This document shows positions 14,600 to 19,067 of a stretch of DNA of 19,067 nucleotides, one piece after another (position 1 is the first letter of the stretch; each line of letters starts with the position of its first letter). Origin of the DNA: a bacterium (GTDB lineage: Bacteria > Arandabacterota > Arandabacteria > Arandabacterales > JALGWA01). The notes beneath the pieces are model-generated. The model worked only from the letters and a program-made list of their open reading frames with translations. It was not told the origin of the DNA and did not search any database. The position numbers and the translations under genes are program-made. The stretch covers positions 1 to 19,067 of the forward strand of contig JASFEA010000056.1 in assembly GCA_050125095.1 (NCBI GenBank), given 5' to 3'.

Positions 14600-17500
14600 C
14601 TATTTCAGCAGAAGCATCTGCCTGGTCATTGTGCGGCCGCCTGCCTCGAAGCGGCAGAAGTAGATGCCGGAAGAGACGGGCTTACCTGAAGCCGCCGTTC
14701 CGTCCCAGGTGGCGTCATGATAACCCGGCTGCCTCTCGCCGTCGACCAGGGTGGCGATATGCCTTCCGGCGACGTCGTACACACTGAGTTTTACATGCGC
14801 GCCCGGATTGGGCACACCGAACCTCACGGTCGTCTGCCCGCTGAACGGGTTGGGGCGGTTCTGCTCGACGGCGAATTCGTCCGGTATGAGCTGCTCCTCA
14901 TCCCAGACGCCGGCGACCCCCGCTTCGCCCACGCGGAGCGAGAACACCGCGCCCTTGGGCATGTCCACGTATCCGACCTTGAACACAATAACCTCATACC
15001 ACCCTGCCTCGGTGGAAGTGAACGTCACGAACTCGTCCTGGGCGGGGCCGCCCGAATTCGCCTCCACCTCGGCGTCGGCCCTTCCGTAGAACTGGGCCGC
15101 TAAGGGCATGATGGCGAGGGCCAGATCGGCCGTTCCCAGGCTGTTCACCAGGTGGAAGTCATAGTCGCCCACGTCCAGCTGTATGTCATAGACAGACAGG
15201 ATCTCATACGCATAGAACTCGTCTTCTATCTCCACGGGCAGGTCGGACTCGAAGAATACCCAGCCCTCGGAGCTCACGGCATGCACCCATATGGATGTGG
15301 CCAGGGGATCCTCAGGCGCCCCGCCGCCTCCCGCATCTCCCTTATAAGGCAGCGGCTGCACCGCCGCCGGAAACTCGGCCACGGTAGTGTACCTTGACCC
15401 CACGAAATCGGTCTGGCCCGAGCCCATCATGGAAGACGCAACGAGGTCGCTGAATCCCGACTCGCTGTTCTCATAGTCGGTATAGAGCAGCAGGTCGAGG
15501 TCCTCGTCGGCGAAGGGGCACATGGCCGTGACATAGGTCCAGTTGAGCGTCCACGGGACGAAGTAGCCGTCGCAGTTGGGATACGTTCCCGTTCCCCTCG
15601 GGGGAGGCATCGGCCTCAACACGGGATCGTCCATGGTCAACGCGGGAGGCGCCCACACGAACTGCCGCGAGAACACGTTGTCGCCCTCGTCTGATTCCAG
15701 CACCTCATCCAGGATGTCGATCGACTCTGAGAGCGTGTGGCGGCCGCCCCTTATACTCACGGGGCCTATATTGACCACGAACAGCGAACCGGCCGGGGCG
15801 AGCGGCGCCACCCTGCGGAAGGCTGTAAGGAAGCCATCGTCCAGGAGGCAGCGCGTTTCGTGCGGCCCGGCTGTATCCGGCCCCACGTTCGCCCATGAGA
15901 CGTTGATGTAGGTCGTGGCCGAATCGCCGTAGAGATGTGTGCTCAAAGGGGCGTAGTAGGTGCCGGCGTCCCCGGTGCTCCGCGGCGTGAAAGGATAAGA
16001 CCAGCCTGCGGGCGTCGAGTACGTGAGATTCGGCGGCGTCTCGTAGATGTCTATGTTGTATACCACGTTCTCTGCCAGATCCCACGAATGCGCCTTCCAC
16101 ACCACCAGGCCGTAGTAGCCGGCGGTGTCTATCTGTACCGTGAACGTCTCCGGCACGCCGGCGCCGTATGAGTTGGCGAACGCACCCGGAAGGGTCTCGT
16201 GCTTATCCATGTATGCCGTCAGGTAGTCGTACATGGAAATCCCGGCATCGGCGTTGCCGCTCGTGGGTTCGAGCTCCACCGTGTAATTCCCGGTCTCGGT
16301 GAACTGTATCTCGTAGACATCGAGAATCTCGTAAGCGTCCAGCGACATCGAGTAAATCGCCACCGGCATGCCATATGTCACAGATGTCGCTTCCCCCTCG
16401 ACATAGTAATCGCCGTGAGCCCCGGCGTCCTCAATGTACACGCCTGCATCCATCGTGGCCCCGTATCCCACGGCGGCGTTATTGCCGTTGAAGAGCACGA
16501 AGTCGCTGAAGCCCGCGATTGCGTAGGACAGCTCGTAAAACGTGGTATAGCCATCCAGGCTCGAGGAATAAGGCGGGTGCAGATGGAGGCCGTAGTCGTC
16601 CGCATATTCGACCGGCATTATGCCCACGGCGTTCCACCAGCCGCCGTTGAGCTGATAGCCGTCGCAGTTGACATACGCCTGGACACCGGGCGGGGGAGGC
16701 TGGGTCCAGTATTCGGGCATGTCGTTTTCGAGAACGTGCGGTGTCCACGCGAACTGCATCTCCCACATGTTGTCGTCCTCATCGGTCTCCACGATATCGT
16801 CAGCGGGGTCGACCACTTCCTGCAAGGTGTGCCGGCCGTTCTCGACGTAGTATGGGCCCCAGTTCGCGCCGTATACCCACTGGCCGGGATTGATATGTGT
16901 CACCGTGCCGCCCACAAACGGGTGGGTGTCCTTGTAGATGTACGTGCCGTGCGCTCCCGCCGTGTCCGGCCCCTCGTTCCACCAGGAGAGGTTTATGTAG
17001 GTGCCGGTACTGTCTCCCGGCAGCGAGTCGGTAAGCGTCGCGCTCGAGGACGTCGCGCCGCCCTTGTCCCTGGGGACGACGGGGTAGTCCCAGCCGGAGG
17101 GCACATAGGGCTGAAGGTTGGGCGGGGTCTTGTAGACGTGTATCCTGTAAGTCACAGCTTTCCCGACATCGGTGCTGCGGCTCTTGAACACCGCCAGCGG
17201 GTAGATGTCGCCTGCCACGATGTCCTCGGTGAACATCTCGTCGCCGCCGTCGCCCGTCATGTTGGAGTGCGTGAGGTACTCGAACCGGTCGTAGTAGTCC
17301 GTCCCGGCCGGGTAAATAGCGAAGTCCAGGTCGGCCATCCCGCTCTGGTTCTCAACCACGAATGTGTAATTGCCGGATTCGCTGAGGAACACCCCGAACA
17401 GGTCGATGATGTTGTAATCCGGGATCGTCTGGCTGTAGTAGCCGGGTGTGGCGATCAGGCCGTAGTAATCCGCATGCTCCACATACATCCCCGATCCCGG

Positions 17501-19067
17501 CCCCGTGTCGCTGTACCGGTATACGCCGATGTCCTCCTTGCCGCTGGATCCGCCCCACGCGTTGGCGATTATGAAATCCGTGTATCCTGCCACCGCGCTT
17601 GACCAGTCGTCGTAAGAACGGAAGCTCGCTGTCGGGTTGGTATAAGCGTCGTGTATCCTGACGTCATAGTCGTCGTCCGGGTCCAGCGGAGTCATTGCAA
17701 CCGCGCTGATGGCGCCGTATGTGAACTCGAAGCCGTCCGAGTTGGGGTACGTGGAAGTGCCCTTGTCGGGCGGCACATTCCGGTAGAGAGGCGTCTTGTT
17801 GGCCAGGATATATGGCGTCCACGCGAACTCCTGGGCGTAGGAGTTGTTTGTCTCGTTCTTCTCCGCCACCTGGTCGTCCCAGTCGAGGGCGTTGCTCAGC
17901 GTATGCAGCCCGCCTCTTACGGATATGACCCCGATATTGGCTGCGTACCCCGACTGGTTGGGGAGGAAGGCCCCCCAGCTGCCCCATGCCACATAGAGGT
18001 TATCCAGGTAGACCCTGTCCCCGTGCGGTGGGCAACCCACGGAGGAGATATTTCTCTCGGACCAGTTGAGCCAGGTTGTACCCGAGTTGCCGTAGAGCGA
18101 GTCGGGCAGGGGACAGCTGGCGCCTGTGGCATCGTTGGTGTTGCGGGGGACTATCTTGTCGTCCCAGCCCGCCAGCAGGTACGGGGTGAGGTCGGGTTGG
18201 TCGACGAGCATCATGGTGTTGAAGACATTGATCCTGCCGTATCCCATGTACTGGTCCCAGCCCGCAGTGTCCTCGGCCGGGCGACCGACCATGTCGTCCG
18301 CGCCGTTCTGAATGTAGGTCTGAACCTGGGCGGCGGTCAGGCTGTTGTTGGCGGACAGTATCAAGCCGGCCAGGGCGGCCGCGTGCGGGCAGGCGGCAGA
18401 GGTGCCGTTGAACCACATCGTGTAATCTCCCGCGGCGTCGCCTTCGTTTACATCGCCCGGGTTGTATCCGCCGGCGCCCGTAATGTCCGTTGTCCAGATC
18501 CCCACGCCCGGGGCCACGACGTCGATCCCCGGCCCGTAGTTGCTGCCCCACCACCACTCGTTGTTGTTGCAGGCGTCGTTCACGGCGCGCTTGCGCTCGT
18601 CGCACCAGTTGGTGGCCCCCACGGCCACACACTCGGCGTAGCGCGACGGGTAGTCTATGGTCGGGTTGTCGCCGTTGGCGGTGGAGAAGCACACCACGCA
18701 GCCCAGCCCGCCCCTGCCGTTGGTCTTGGCGTAAATGATGCCGTCGTGGATCTGGTCTATGTCGGAGCCGCCCATCGACCAGGAGTTACTGAGCACATGG
18801 GCTCCCCTGTCGGTGGCCGTCACGAAGGCGTCCTCGAGGATGGCGTAGGTGGTCGAGAAGCTGCCGTCGCAGTCCGGGTCGGTGCCTATCCTGACGCCCA
18901 TGAGCTTGACGTTCCAGCCCACCCCGGAGACGCCCGCGGAGTTGTTGGTAGCCGCGCAGGCGATGCCGGCGCACGAGGTGCCGTGGCCCTCGCAAGTGGT
19001 GGGCGGCGTCGGGTCGTTGTCACCGTCGTAGGCGTCGTAGCCGGTTACGGTCTTGCCCGAGAAGTCC
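14600..19067 (-). CDS. Secreted subtilisin-like S8 serine protease with three tandem CARDB-like + PPC-like repeats and C-terminal FlgD-Ig/sorting domain (5' end outside window, >=1488 aa)
   Basis: The frame stays open beyond the track's start at 18922 to the window edge (DFSGKTVTGYDAYDGDNDP...). Catalytic His in HGTSCAG (18965-18985), SNSWS, oxyanion region STANG, SNYGPGIDVVAPG, catalytic Ser in NGTSAACP (Ser 18398-18400), GYGRIN. Ends RPNPFS...VYDVAGR...WDG...SGIYFCRF...RQMLLLK. The catalytic Asp lies outside the window. Confidence 0.93.
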   Translation of the reverse strand, partial: DFSGKTVTGYDAYDGDNDPTPPTTCEGHGTSCAGIACAATNNSAGVSGVGWNVKLMGVRIGTDPDCDGSFSTTYAILEDAFVTATDRGAHVLSNSWSMGGSDIDQIHDGIIYAKTNGRGGLGCVVCFSTANGDNPTIDYPSRYAECVAVGATNWCDERKRAVNDACNNNEWWWGSNYGPGIDVVAPGVGIWTTDITGAGGYNPGDVNEGDAAGDYTMWFNGTSAACPHAAALAGLILSANNSLTAAQVQTYIQNGADDMVGRPAEDTAGWDQYMGYGRINVFNTMMLVDQPDLTPYLLAGWDDKIVPRNTNDATGASCPLPDSLYGNSGTTWLNWSERNISSVGCPPHGDRVYLDNLYVAWGSWGAFLPNQSGYAANIGVISVRGGLHTLSNALDWDDQVAEKNETNNSYAQEFAWTPYILANKTPLYRNVPPDKGTSTYPNSDGFEFTYGAISAVAMTPLDPDDDYDVRIHDAYTNPTASFRSYDDWSSAVAGYTDFIIANAWGGSSGKEDIGVYRYSDTGPGSGMYVEHADYYGLIATPGYYSQTIPDYNIIDLFGVFLSESGNYTFVVENQSGMADLDFAIYPAGTDYYDRFEYLTHSNMTGDGGDEMFTEDIVAGDIYPLAVFKSRSTDVGKAVTYRIHVYKTPPNLQPYVPSGWDYPVVPRDKGGATSSSATLTDSLPGDSTGTYINLSWWNEGPDTAGAHGTYIYKDTHPFVGGTVTHINPGQWVYGANWGPYYVENGRHTLQEVVDPADDIVETDEDDNMWEMQFAWTPHVLENDMPEYWTQPPPPGVQAYVNCDGYQLNGGWWNAVGIMPVEYADDYGLHLHPPYSSSLDGYTTFYELSYAIAGFSDFVLFNGNNAAVGYGATMDAGVYIEDAGAHGDYYVEGEATSVTYGMPVAIYSMSLDAYEILDVYEIQFTETGNYTVELEPTSGNADAGISMYDYLTAYMDKHETLPGAFANSYGAGVPETFTVQIDTAGYYGLVVWKAHSWDLAENVVYNIDIYETPPNLTYSTPAGWSYPFTPRSTGDAGTYYAPLSTHLYGDSATTYINVSWANVGPDTAGPHETRCLLDDGFLTAFRRVAPLAPAGSLFVVNIGPVSIRGGRHTLSESIDILDEVLESDEGDNVFSRQFVWAPPALTMDDPVLRPMPPPRGTGTYPNCDGYFVPWTLNWTYVTAMCPFADEDLDLLLYTDYENSESGFSDLVASSMMGSGQTDFVGSRYTTVAEFPAAVQPLPYKGDAGGGGAPEDPLATSIWVHAVSSEGWVFFESDLPVEIEDEFYAYEILSVYDIQLDVGDYDFHLVNSLGTADLALAIMPLAAQFYGRADAEVEANSGGPAQDEFVTFTSTEAGWYEVIVFKVGYVDMPKGAVFSLRVGEAGVAGVWDEEQLIPDEFAVEQNRPNPFSGQTTVRFGVPNPGAHVKLSVYDVAGRHIATLVDGERQPGYHDATWDGTAASGKPVSSGIYFCRFEAGGRTMTRQMLLLK
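14924..18196 (-). repeat. Three diverged ~360-aa tandem protein repeats within the S8 protease gene
   Basis: Units begin PDLTPYLLAGWDDKIVPR (18196), PNLQPYVPSGWDYPVVPR (17122) and PNLTYSTPAGWSYPFTPR (16033), with lengths 358, 363 and about 370 aa. Each has G[LR]HTL..D....E..E..N, F.W.P..L, Y.N.DG[FY] and G.AD. Confidence 0.9.

Noticed and set aside
16199-18692. ORFs 16199..17602 (+) and 18000..18692 (-)
   Set aside because: Antisense and alternate-frame shadows of the S8 protease gene.
18920-18922. Track start codon (GTG) for the S8 protease
   Set aside because: The frame continues upstream through the catalytic His motif to the window edge, so the true start is outside the window.
1-19067. 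CRISPR array, tRNA/rRNA, IS element or prophage
   Set aside because: No regularly spaced nucleotide repeats, RNA gene signatures, terminal inverted repeats or mobility genes were seen.

Overview
GC-rich bacterial chromosomal segment dominated by large secreted multidomain proteins. There are four long minus-strand genes: (1) a >=1077-aa thermolysin/fungalysin-like (M4/M36) zinc metalloprotease precursor at 3233..<1, absent from the ORF track because its stop lies just outside the window; (2, 3) two paralogous Cys-rich right-handed parallel beta-helix proteins with 2 and 3 tandem modules; and (4) a 5'-truncated subtilisin-like S8 protease carrying three ~360-aa tandem repeats. All four end in the same ~95-aa FlgD-Ig/T9SS-sorting-like C-terminal domain, preceded by an 'AGV' motif. 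A divergently transcribed UPF0182 membrane protein gene and an unannotated 38-aa single-helix membrane peptide ORF sit among them. Each of the four minus-strand starts inside the window has a TATAAT box 129-140 nt upstream, two with a good -35 at 17-bp spacing, and the metalloprotease leader opens with a terminator-like hairpin. The gene style suggests an FCB-related candidate phylum (Eisenbacteria/Krumholzibacteria/Latescibacteria-like); this is inference only. I found no rRNA, tRNA, CRISPR array or mobile element.
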